A stretch of DNA of 64,000 bases, taken from assembly GCF_036365525.1 (NCBI RefSeq), contig NC_090378.1, forward strand, positions 119,211,593-119,275,592, written 5' to 3'. Positions within the stretch are counted from its first letter, which is position 1, and each line of letters begins with the position of its first letter. The position numbers were made by a program, and so were the translations under genes. Origin of the DNA: Heterodontus francisci. Its lineage: Eukaryota. The notes beneath the pieces were generated by a model, which was not told the origin of the DNA, did no database searches, and saw nothing but the letters and a program-made list of their open reading frames with translations. Of the stretch, positions 13,197-24,400 are shown piece by piece.

Positions 13197-13859
13197 TCCT
13201 CAAAGTATCACAGTGCCATTCCACCTCCACTTTTCCTCCTGTGGTGAGTTCCTCATTTCTACTGGATTGTCTGGTGGCCCAAAGTGCAGACCAGACCTCA
13301 GAAAGAGAAACCTGTTGCTGTCCACAACTCACCAGCCCAATGGAAATGAGATCAGTGACCCAGTGTTGGTGGTGCCGTGGACTTCACCATTCAGGTACTG
13401 GGATCATTGTTCACATTCCCAAAAATAGGTGCACCTGAATTCCTAGGCCCAGGTTTATCACTGTAGCTATTCTGACAGAGGGCAGGAAAGCATGTTTCTA
13501 GTCTCTGTTTGAAGCCAATGTTTTGAAACATCACGCACATTAAGATCTTCCTCAGAGAACTGGTTCATCACAGCAGTCTTTGTGAAGATAGTGAATCACT
13601 TTTAAAAGGATTTCCTGATGTTCTGAAATAATGGTTATATTTCACTTTAAATTTCTGTACCCAGTGCCACACTCGGACAGATTTCCTCAGCATATTGAGG
13701 TCTCGGTAAATTGCTGAGAAAAATCTCATTGTAGGTGTCACTGATCCTGCCTCTGAAACAAAGAGTGTGAACACTTCAGTTTCAACAAGTCACTAATCCT
13801 CAATATCCAGTTCTTTCATTTACGATGACAGACATTGCCCCTTTCCTCTATATATTACA

Positions 13860-15120
13860 AGATATTAATGGAAGAGGAAGGCCATTCGGCCCACCTTAGC
13901 TCCTCCATTGATGATGACCCTAAAGTCTCCCCAATGCAGCATCCAGCTGGTTCTTCCATGACTTTCATTTCCATTACTTTATCTGGGAATCCATTCCATG
14001 ATTAGTCACTCTGATATGAAGAAAGACTCCTTGATATTAGTCCTGAAGCTGCCTTTTACTAATTTGAATGTGTGGCCTCCAGCTCTTGTCATAATTTAAT
14101 TGGAAGTAATTGTTGGGATTTACTTTTTCCAGAATAAATACCAAGGACATATTTCTGTTACCTGATGATTCAATATCCAACATCAGACCAAGAATATTCT
14201 TTAGACACAGGTGAATGTGAGTGTGACCCAATTTTTATTCTGTAAAATTGTTGTATGTGTCCGCCCAGTGTTTAGTGACCCAGTGTTTCCTGTCAATGGC
14301 ACCATGGTCTGGGAAAGGGAGCAGATTTGGACAGTCGGGAATAATGTCGTATTCCCACCCTGAGCAAAATTTAGCCCCCCTGCTACAACCACGGTTAAGC
14401 ACCTATTCCCCACCCCCCACATGTGGAGGAGAGCGGGGGAGGGTGGGGACTTGTCCGTCTCCCTCTTATCGATACTCCTCAGGAGCAGCTGGTGGAAATT
14501 GGAAGTCGCTCCAAGGTTACGACTGTAATGACCCTAATGTGCTGCAGTTTGAACTGGCAGCGAAAATCAACTTTCATCTGTAGCTGAAGATGCTGCTTCT
14601 GCTTCAATTTGTGAAGTTGTGTTTTGTGTTTATTATCTCGGGAAGTAAACACAGAAGCAGAAACCCAGCAAAGAACAAAGCCCCAGATATGAGCCTCCAA
14701 ATGAGCACTTAACTGTTACTCTGCTATGTAGAATATAGGGACAGGGGTAGGCCATTCAGCCCCTTCAAGACTGTTCCATCATTCAGTTCAATCATGGCTG
14801 ATCTGTACTCCATTTACCTGCCTTTGATCCATATTCCTTGTTATTCTTATCCAATAAAAATCAGTCAATCTCTGCCTTTAAAATGTCAATTGACCAACAT
14901 CTCCAATGTTTTAGAGGAGAGAATTCCAATTTCCACCACCCTTTGTGTGAAGAAGTACTTCCTGATTTCGAATCTTCTAATTTTAGGATTATGTCACCTT
15001 GTTGTGGATTCCCGAACTTGATAAAATAACTTCTCTACATCAAACCTATCAAATCCTTTTATTACTTTAAGCACCTTAATTAAATCATCTGTTCAACTTT
15101 CTAAACTCAGAGGAATACAA
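13860..15120 (-). mobile_element. Two old CR1 3'-end fragments (~13860-14130 and ~14730-15120)
   Basis: GGCCATTCGGCCC / GGCCATTCAGCCC reverse 3' UTR motifs; reverse complement of the FTQRVV-like segment. Confidence 0.6.
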
Positions 15121-16219
15121 GACAATATTTGGTAACTTCACAAATGCATTTTAACAGGAGTTTGTGAGTTTTATATAAAAACTTGAATTAAATTAAAGTG
15201 TCAGTTTCCAATCACTGTACATGTTACTCACTAGAAAGTCTGTATGTAGGGATGTCAGATTATTACAGAATCAGGTTTCCTGTGATGCCCCCATGATTGA
15301 ATAGCCTGTTGCCACCCACTGTCAACCTGTTTCACCGAGGAGCAATTGAGGTGATTAATTTGATGCTATTGTTAATTTGATTTGTGAAGAATTATTTCCA
15401 CAGAACACACACACATTCTCGGAGTGAAAATTAGTTCCAATTGAACCATTGATCCAGGATGGTACATTTTGTACAACCATATCAGTTTGAGATAATGAGG
15501 TCTGTTAACATATTCCAAAGAGGAAATTGATCCCTCGAGGAGAGCAATCCAGGGGTGAAAATGGGAAGATGAATTACTATTCTCTAATTTTGTTTGATTA
15601 TGTTTGGCAATCAAAGTGTATTTACACAGAAACTTCTCTTCTGAGATTCAGTGGGAATATAATCGAGAACAGGGAAGATTTGTACCTTGTTAGTGAAAGG
15701 AGCAGGCTTGATGAGCAGAATGGCCTTTTCTTGTTATATGCTTTCCTATATCCTTGTGTGTATCTCCCACATCCAACATTCCAGAGCAACAGACCAAGAG
15801 ACACCTGGAAGCAAATGTCTGCTCAGGGCCCTGGTGGATTATAAACTCCTGTCGACCATACTTGAGTATGACTAATGGTTCAGTGTATTCTGTGTATGTG
15901 ACAGCGATGACAGTCAATAGAGGGCACCCTTTACTAAGTAGTTAAACTATCCTGGGCCTAATGCAGTTCACTGCTTTGCTGCTTTATAAACAGTAACATT
16001 CTTTGTACAGCTTGCTGGGCATTTGTGCTTGAAGTGAAATTGTGTTTCGAGAAAATAATTTCCGAGCTGGTTCGTGTGATGTTGATTATTACTGATTTCA
16101 CTGAGAAACAAAGTTAGTGCATCATTTAATAGGATAGGGATGTGGTTCGGGTCTGTCTGAATGTGCTGTGTAGTTCACTCACTGTCAGTGTGGGCAGATT
16201 CTGTCATTTGTGATCACAT

Positions 16220-17226
16220 TGGAAGCATTGTGAATTGTGAGGAGGATAGTGTAGAACTTCCAAAGCACATAGACAGGTTGGTGGAATGGGCAGACAAGTG
16301 GCAGATGAAATTTAATGTAGAAATGTGTGAAGTGATTTATTTTGGTAGAAAGAATGTGGAGAAACAATATAAAATAAAGGGTAAAATTCTAAAGTGGGTG
16401 CAGTAACAGAGGGACCTGGGTGTATATGTGTGTAAATGATTGCAGTGGCAGGACAGGTTGTGAGGGTGGTTAATAAAGCATACATCATCCTAAGTTTTAT
16501 CAGTAAGGGCACAGAGTACAAAAGCAAGGAAGTTATGTTAAACTTGTATAAAACACTGGTTCATCGTCAACTGGAGCATTGCATCCAGTTCTGAGCACCA
16601 CACGAAAGGAAGGATGTGAAGGCATTAGAGAGGGTGCAGAAAAGATTCACAAGAATAGTTCCAGGAACGAGGAACTTCAGTTATGTAGATAGATTGGAGA
16701 AGCTGGGGCTGAGAGGGGATTTGATCGAGGTATTCAAAATCATGAGGGGTCTGGACAGAGCAGATAGAGAGAAACTGCTCCCACTGAAGGAAGGATCGAG
16801 AACCAGAGGGCACAGATTTAAGATAATCGGCAAAAGAAGCAATGGAGACATGAAGAAAACCTTTTCACACAGCGAGTGGTTAGAATCTGAAATGCACTGT
16901 CTGAGAGTGTGGTGGAAGCAGATACAAGCATCCGAACATAGGAATTAGGAGCAGGAGGAGGCCACTCGGCCCCTCGAGCCTGCTGCACTATTCAATAAGA
17001 TCATGGCTGATCTGATTGTAACCACGACTCCACATTCCCACCTCCCTCTGAGAACCTTTCTCCCTCTTCCTTATCAAGAATCTATCTCCCTCTGCCTTAA
17101 AAATATTTAAGGACTCTGCTTCCACTGCCTTTTTATTATTGTCTGAAAAGGAAGAATGTGCAGGGCTACGGGGAGAAGGCGGGAGTGTGGCACACTCTGA
17201 ATTGCTCATTCTGAGAACCAGCACAA
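16220..17226. mobile_element. CR1 RT fragment (+, 16220-16925) with adjoining short CR1 3' fragments
   Basis: WADKWQMKFNVEMCEVIYFGRKN; ERVQKRFTRIVPG. Confidence 0.88.
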
Positions 17227-20200
17227 AGAAACATAGAAAATAGGAGCAGGAATAGGCCATTCGGCCCTTCAGGCCTGCTCCGCCATTCAAAAAAGATCAT
17301 GGCTGATAGTTTAATTCAGTTTCCTGTTCCTGCTTTCTCTCCATATCCCTTGATCCCTTTGGCATTCAGAAATATATTTTTCTCCTTCTTGAATATATTT
17401 TAATGACTTGGCCTCCATTGCCTTCTGCGGTAGAGAATTCCACAGGTTCACCACCCTCTGAGTGAAGAAATTTCTCCTCATCTCGGTTCTAAATGGCATA
17501 CCCCATATCCTGAGACAGTTACCCCTGGTTCTGGACTCCCCAGCCATCAGGAACATCCTCCCTGCATCTAGCCCGTCTAGTCCTGTTAGAATTTTATAGG
17601 TTTCTATGAGATCCCCTCTCATTCTTCTAAACTCTAGTGAATATAGGCCTAGTCGATCCATTCTCTCCTCATACGTCAATCCTGCCATTCCAGGAATCAG
17701 CCTAGTAAATCTTCTTTGCACTCCCTCCATGGCAAGAACATCTTCCTCAGATGAGGAGACTAAAACTGCACAATATACTCCAGACGTGGTCTCACCAAGG
17801 CCCTGTATAAAGAACAAAGAACAAAGAAAATTACAGCACAGGAACAGGCCCTTCGGCCCTCCAAGCCTACGCCGATCCAAATCCTCTATCTAAAACTGTC
17901 GCCTATTTTCTAAGGGTCTGTATCTCTTTACTTCCTGCCCATTCATGTATCTGTCTAGATACATCTTAAAAGACGCTATCGTGCCCGCGTCTACCACCTC
18001 CGCTGGTAATGCATTCCATGCACCCACCACCCTCTGCGTAAAGAACTTTCCACGCATATCCCCCCTAAACTTTTCCCCTTTCACTTTGAACTCGTGTCCC
18101 CTTGTAATTGAATCCCCCACTCTGGGAAAAAGCTTCTTGCTATCCACCCTGTCTATACCTCTCATGATTTTGTACACCTCAATCAGGTCCCCCCTCAACC
18201 TCCGTCTTTCTAATGAAAATAATCCTAATCTACTCAACCTCTCTTCATAGCTAGCGCCCTCCATACCAGGCAACATCCTGGTGAATCTCCTCTGCACCCT
18301 CTCCAAAGCATCCACATCCTTTTGGTAATGTGGCGACCAGAACTGCACGCAGTATTCCAAATGTGGCCGAACCAAAGTCCTATACAACTGTAACATGACC
18401 TGCCAACTCTTGTACTCAATACCCCGTCCGATGAAGGAAAGCATGCCGTATGCCTTCTTGACCACTCTATTGACCTGCGTTGCCATCTTCAGGGAACAAT
18501 GGACCTGAACACCCAAATCTCTCTGTACATCAATTTTCCCCAGGACTTTTCCATTTACTGTATAGTTCACTCTTGAATTGGATCTTCCAAAATGCATCAC
18601 CTCGCATTTGCCCTGATTGAACTCCATCTGCCATTTCTCTGCCCAACTCTCCAGTCTATCTATATTCTGCTGTATTCTCTGACAGTCCCCTTCAGTATCT
18701 GCTACTCCACCAATCTTAGTGTCGTCTGCAAACTTGCTAATCAGACCACCTATACTTTCCTCCAAATCATTTATGTATATCACAAACAACAGTGGTCCCA
18801 GCACGGATCCCTGTGGAACACCACTGGTCACACGTCTCCATTTTGAGAAACTCCCTTCCACTGCTACTCTCTGTCTCCTGTTGCCCAGCCAGTTCTTTAT
18901 CCATCTAGCTAGTACACCTTGGACCCCATGCGCCTTCACTTTCTCCATCAGCCTACCATGGGGAATCTTATCAAACGCCTTACTGAAGTCCATGTATATG
19001 ACATCTACAGCCCTTCCCTCATCAATCAACTTTGTCACTTCCTCAAAGAATTCTATTAAGTTGGTAAGACATGACCTTCCCTGCACAAAACCATGTTGCC
19101 TATCACTGATAAGCCCATTTTCTTCCAGATGGGAAGAGATCCTATCCCTCAGTATCTTCTCCAGCAGCTTCCCTACCACTGACATCAGGCTCACCGGTCT
19201 ATAATTACCTGGATTTTCCCTGCTACCCTTCTTAAGCAAGGGGACAACATTAGCAATTCTCCAGTCCTCCGGGACCTCACCCGTGTTTAAGGATGTTGCA
19301 AAGATATCTGTTAAGGCCCCAACTATTTCCTCTCTCGCTTCCCACAGTTACCTGGGATAGATCCCATCCGGACCTGGGGACTTGTCCACCTTAATGCCTT
19401 TTTGAATACCCAACACTTCCTCCCTCCTTATGCCGACTTGACCTAGAGTAATCAAACATCTGTCCCTAACCTCAACATCCGTCATGTCCCTCTCCTCAGT
19501 GAATACCGATGCAAAGTACTCGTTTAGAATCTCACCCATTTTCTCTGACTCCACGCATAACTTTCCTCCTTTGTCCTTGAGTGGGCCAATCCTTTCTCTA
19601 GTTACCCTCTTGCTCCTTATATATGAATAAAAGGCTTTGGGATTTTCCTTAACCCTGTTTGCTAAAGATATTTCATGACCCCTTTTAGCCCTATTAATTC
19701 CTCGTTTCAGATTGCGCCTACAATCCCGATATTCTTTCAAAGCTTCGTCTTTCTTCAGCCGCCTAGACCTTATGTGTGCTTCCTTTTTCCTCTTAGCTAG
19801 TCTCACAATTTCACCTGTCATGCATGGTTCCCTAATCTTGCCATTTCTGCCCCTCATTTTCACAGGAACATGTCTCTCCTGTACGCTAATCAACCTCTCT
19901 TTAAAAGCCTCCCACATATCAAAAGTGGATTTACCTTCAAACAGCTGCTCCCAATCTACATTCCCCAGCTCCTGCCGAATTTTGGTATAGTTGGCCTTCC
20001 CCCAATTTAGCACCCTTCCTTTAGGACCACTCTCGTCTGCAGTAAGACATCCTTACTCCGGTACTCAAATCCTCTTGCAATGAAGGCCAACATCCCATTT
20101 GCCTTCCTAACTGCTTGCAGCACCTGAATGCTTGCTTTCAGTGACTGGTGTACAAGGACACCCAGGTCTCGTTGCACCTTCCCCTTACCCAATCTATCAC

Positions 20201-20830
20201 CATACAGATAATCTGCCTTTCTATTATTACAACCAAAGTGGATTACTTCACATTTATCCACATTATACTGCATCTGCCATGCATTTGCCCATTCACCCAA
20301 CTTGTGCAAATCACATTGAAGCCTCTTTGTATCCTTCTCACAGATCACTCGCACCCCACCACCACCTCCCGCCCCCCCCGCCCTCCTCCAGCTTTGTGTC
20401 GTCTGCAAACTTGGAAATGTTACATTTGGTTCCCTCACCCAAGTCATTAATATATATTGTGAATAGCTGGGGCCCAAGCACTGATCCCTGCCATACCCCA
20501 CTCGTCACTGCCTGCCACTCGGAAAAGACCCATTTATTCCTATTCTCTGTTTCCTGTCTGTAAACCAATTCTCATTCCATGCCAATATATTACCCCCAAT
20601 CCCATGTGCTTTAATTTTGCCCACGAGCCTCTTACGTGGGACCTTATCAAAAGCCTTCTGAAAATCCAAATACACCACATCCACTGGTTATCTATTATCT
20701 ATTATCCTTATCATCCTTATCTATTCTACTAGTTACAGCCTCAAAAAACTCCAGTCGATTTGATAAGCATGATCTCCCTTCCGTAAACCCATGCTGACTT
20801 TGTCCAATCCCATTTATGCTTTCCAGGTGT
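17227..20830 (-). mobile_element. CR1 fragment (17227-17807 plus 20037-20830) interrupted by a younger CR1
   Basis: The sequence GCCCTGTATAA|CTGCAGTAAGAC is continuous across the insertion; [22 protein letters not shown]. Confidence 0.9.
17808..20036 (-). mobile_element. Young 5'-truncated CR1 ORF2, one in-frame stop, (TTCTTTG)n tail
   Basis: ORFs 20013-19348 and 19239-17890 share a frame and are separated by a single TAA; complete RT motifs (PQGSVLGP, FADD). Confidence 0.96.
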
Positions 20831-20839
20831 TCACAGAAA

Positions 20840-21770
20840 TGACGGGCCGATTGGGTTTTATTCATGTGCTCTACAATTACTGAGGACTGTGGATTATGAT
20901 TTATGTGCTATTTCCCTTCAATATCCAGCAGTTTCAAAGTCACTGGCATTCCCTTTCCAGTAAAGTGTCTTTCCTGATCTGATCCCATGATCCGTGGTAG
21001 TCACCTTCTGGAGAATATCTCCTTCACCAGGATTTTCGAGATACTTCAGTGGGTAGCTGCGTTACATGGAACTGCCTCAACCCATTTGGTGAAGTTATCA
21101 ACCAGAATAAACAGTATTTATTCCCACTGCTGGAAGTTGGAAGAGATTCTATAAAATCTATATGCACACTGCCAAGGTCCTTCTAATCTTTGGGTGTGCC
21201 CCAAAGGTGCCTTTCTCCTCTGTAGGTCTGGATTATTGGCTGCACAAATCAACAATTATGAAAAAATCCTCCACATCCTCTGTCTGATGAGGCCACCATC
21301 CCACCACATTCACTCTTTTCCATGTTCCCTCTGCACTAGGATGTCCTGCTCCTGGTCCCTCCATGTACTAATCAGAGAAAATCTTCCCTCTGGGTTGTAG
21401 GCACCACCCACTTGTCATTTTTAAATAACATCCCTTCTTTAATTCCCATTTCAGCTCTTCCACAGGGTCTCTCAACAGTCTCCTCCTTTTCTAGTTTGTT
21501 TAACACCTCCCTGAGTGCTGGATCCAACTTTTTCACTTCTATAAGATCACTCACTCTCACTGGCTCAACCACTGCCATCATTGCTATTTCTCCCACTTCT
21601 TCCATGGGATCCCAAGACTCTCCTCCTATAGCGCCTTTCTTTGCTAGTATGTCTTCTTTCTCGTTTCCTCCCCATCTCACCTCTGTCTTAGCATGAGCCT
21701 TCATTTTGTGTATATAATAGTCATATTTCCCCTCATTGTTCCTGATCACCTGCAGCACTGTCTTCAGCAT
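20840..21770 (-). mobile_element. Degraded retrovirus-like/LTR pol fragment (RNase H C-terminus, tether, integrase)
   Basis: IHKMKAHAK...GNEKEDILAKKGA (RNase H end); KWVVPTTQRED; LVDNFTKWVEAVPC and GSDQERHFTG (integrase core). Confidence 0.8.
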
Positions 21771-21772
21771 AG

Positions 21773-22115
21773 TGTTACAAGAATTTTACTTTTTGTACTC
21801 AGAACTTAGAATTCTTTGTGTTTTAAAAACTGAGAAAAGGACTTTCACTCAGTGGACATTGACCTGCAAATAGCTGAATTTTTTGGATGTTGACTCTGTA
21901 CAAAAGAACTGGGAAGCAGACAGTTTCAAGGAAACAGCAAGGGGTTTTGACCTGCTCAGAGCAACACTTTGAATGACTGGAGAGACTGTCTTGTCATGTG
22001 ATTGGTTCAGGAAGGTTTGCTTTCACTTTTGACACTTTTTAAAACCAATGAGTTGGAAAAAGAGCAAGCATTTTTGGAATTTGGCTGTGACCTGCCTGGA
22101 GAGAGAGAAAGACCC
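21773..22115 (+). mobile_element. LTR-like fragment
   Basis: Starts TGTTACA at the pol breakpoint; has CCAAT and AG-rich tract; 3' end not defined. Confidence 0.35.
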
Positions 22116-22119
22116 GCTG

Positions 22120-22349
22120 TGTAGAGGAATAGGACACCAATTTAAGGAGGTTGGTAAAGGAACCAATGATGACATGAGGAAAAACTGTTTTACCCAGAGA
22201 GTGGTCAGGATCTGGAATGAACTGTCTGAGAGTATGGTGGAGGCTGATTCAATCGGGGCTTTCAGAAGGGGATTGGATAAACACCTGAAGAGAAACGATT
22301 TGCAGGGCTATGGGGAAAAGGCAGGGGAGTGGGATGAGTTGAGTTGCTT
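22120..22349 (+). mobile_element. CR1 3' fragment
   Basis: FTQRVVRIWNELSE. Confidence 0.8.
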
Positions 22350-23480
22350 TTATTTCATTCGTTCATGGGATGTGGGTGCCGCTGGCCAGGCCAGCATTTA
22401 TTGATCATCTCTAATTGCCCTTGAGAAGGTGGTGGTGAGCTGCCTTCTTGAACCACTGCAGTCTATTTGGGGTAGGTACACCCACAGTGGTGTTAGGAAG
22501 GGAGTTCCAGGTTTTTGACCCTCCATCAGTGAAGGAACGGCGATACAGTTCCAAATCAGGATGGTGTGTGACTTGGAGGGGAACTTGCAGGTGGTGGTAT
22601 TCCCATGGATTTGCTGCCCTTGTCCTTCCAGTTGGTAGAGGTCGCGGATTTGGAAGGTGCTGTCTAAGGAGCCTTGGTGCATTGCTGCAGTGCATCTTGT
22701 AGATGGTACACACTGCTGTCACTGTGCTTCAGTGATGGAGGGCGTGAATGTTTGTGGATGAGGTGCCAATCAAGAAGCTGCGTTGTCCTGGATGGTGTCG
22801 AGCTTCTTGAGTGTTGTTGGAACTGCACCCATTCAGGCAAGTGGAGGGTATTCCATCACACTCCTGCCTTGTGCCTTATGGGCAGGCTTTGGGGAGTCAG
22901 GAGGTGCGTTACTCACTGCAGGATTCCTAGCCTCTGACCTGCTCTTGTAGCCACGGTATTTATATGGCTACTTCAGTTAAGTTTCTGGTCAATGGTAACT
23001 CCCAGGATGTTGATAGTGAGGGATTCAGTGATTGTAATGCCATTGAATGTTGGTTGGATTCTTCTTGTTGGAGATGGTCATTGCCTGGCACTTGTGTGGC
23101 GCGAATGTTACTTGCCACTTATCAGCCCAAGCCTGGATATTGTCCAGGTCTTGCTGCATTTCTACATGGACTGCTTCAGTATCTGAGGAGTTATGAATGA
23201 AACTGAACATTGTGCAATTATCAATGAACATCCCCACTTCTGATCTTATGATTGAAGGAAGCTCTTTGATGAAGCAGCTGAAGATGGATGAACCTGGGGC
23301 ACTACCCTGAGGAACTCCTGCAGCGATGTCCTGGAGATGAGATGACTGACCACCAACAACAACAGTCATCTTCTGTTATGCTCGGTATGACTCCAACCAG
23401 TGGAGAGATTTCCCCGATTCCCCTTGACTCCAGTTTTACTGGGGCTCCTTGATGCCGTACCCAGTCAAATGCTGTCTTTA
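22350..23480 (-). mobile_element. CR1/L2-group LINE of a second family (RT C-terminus plus 3' UTR)
   Basis: AGVPQGS..IFSCFIKELPSIIRSEVGMF..WADKWQVTFAPHKCQAM; same 3' end as the copies at 33810 and 43645. Confidence 0.88.
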
Positions 23481-23569
23481 TGCCTTTTGGAAAAAGCTGG
23501 CACAGATATGACAGGCCGAATGGCCTCCTTCTGTGTTGTAACCATTCAATGAGCCTATGATTCTCACAG

Positions 23570-23657
23570 CCATTGTGGGATTTGAACTCCCACACTTTGG
23601 ATTATTAGTCCACTGGATTCCTAGTTGAGTATCATATCCACTTCATCACCGTACCCA
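23570..23657 (-). mobile_element. tRNA-derived SINE head fragment
   Basis: The - strand reads GGGTACGGTG...GAGTTCAAATCCCAC (B-box-like). Confidence 0.45.
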
Positions 23658-24400
23658 TAACAAAGATCAAATTACAGAATGAGAGACAAGTTTTGTTTTA
23701 AATGAACAAAACATGAGACTGCAATGCATTCTGTGTATAACTGGGGACTGAACAAAAAAGTGGTGTATGGGCTGTTCCTGGTTTGAGGAAGAAACTTGTA
23801 AATTTTCCAAGTTTCTATCCCAGTTTTCCCTGTCCCCTGTGGACTGTAAGCACTGGGAGGTTGTGTTCTGTCAGTGAGAGTGCTGTAGACATGGAACTTG
23901 CTTTTTGTCTGCACCTTTCTGTGACTTTTCAGCTCATTGCTAAGTCTGAGACCTGGAATCTTGTCCTGTTACACTATTGTGGAATTTATACAGAGTTCCA
24001 GTGGCCTATAATTGTGCCTTAAAACTGGAAAGTAATTCCATCGCTGAACCTCCTAACATTGAATCTGACTGATGCTGGTTCTGATGTACAATCAGACTCA
24101 CCAATTCCAACTCTCAGAAGACACAACAATCAGAGAAAGGTCTCGGTCACAACTTCCAAACTCACTGTTCTCCAGTAAACAGAGCTCCTTTCCTTAATGG
24201 ACATTGTGAATGCTCAATGGCCAACAAGGACATGGGAGCAACCAACATACCAGGATGTATTGTTACCCAGTGGTGCAGTGTACTTCACATGGGAGAACAG
24301 CACAGAGTCAAAGAGCTCGACATTTCACCATGAATCTTCTAGAGACAGACAACATTGTAATTTGTGTGGAATACTATGTGAAGTTTAACTTTGGGAGAAA

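Noticed and set aside
15390-15950. Short QDGTF-like and other open stretches in unique sequence
   Set aside because: Interrupted by stops; no recognisable domain.
23672-24025. Possible V exon after the leader-like segment
   Set aside because: The translation lacks V-domain hallmarks and has a stop codon.
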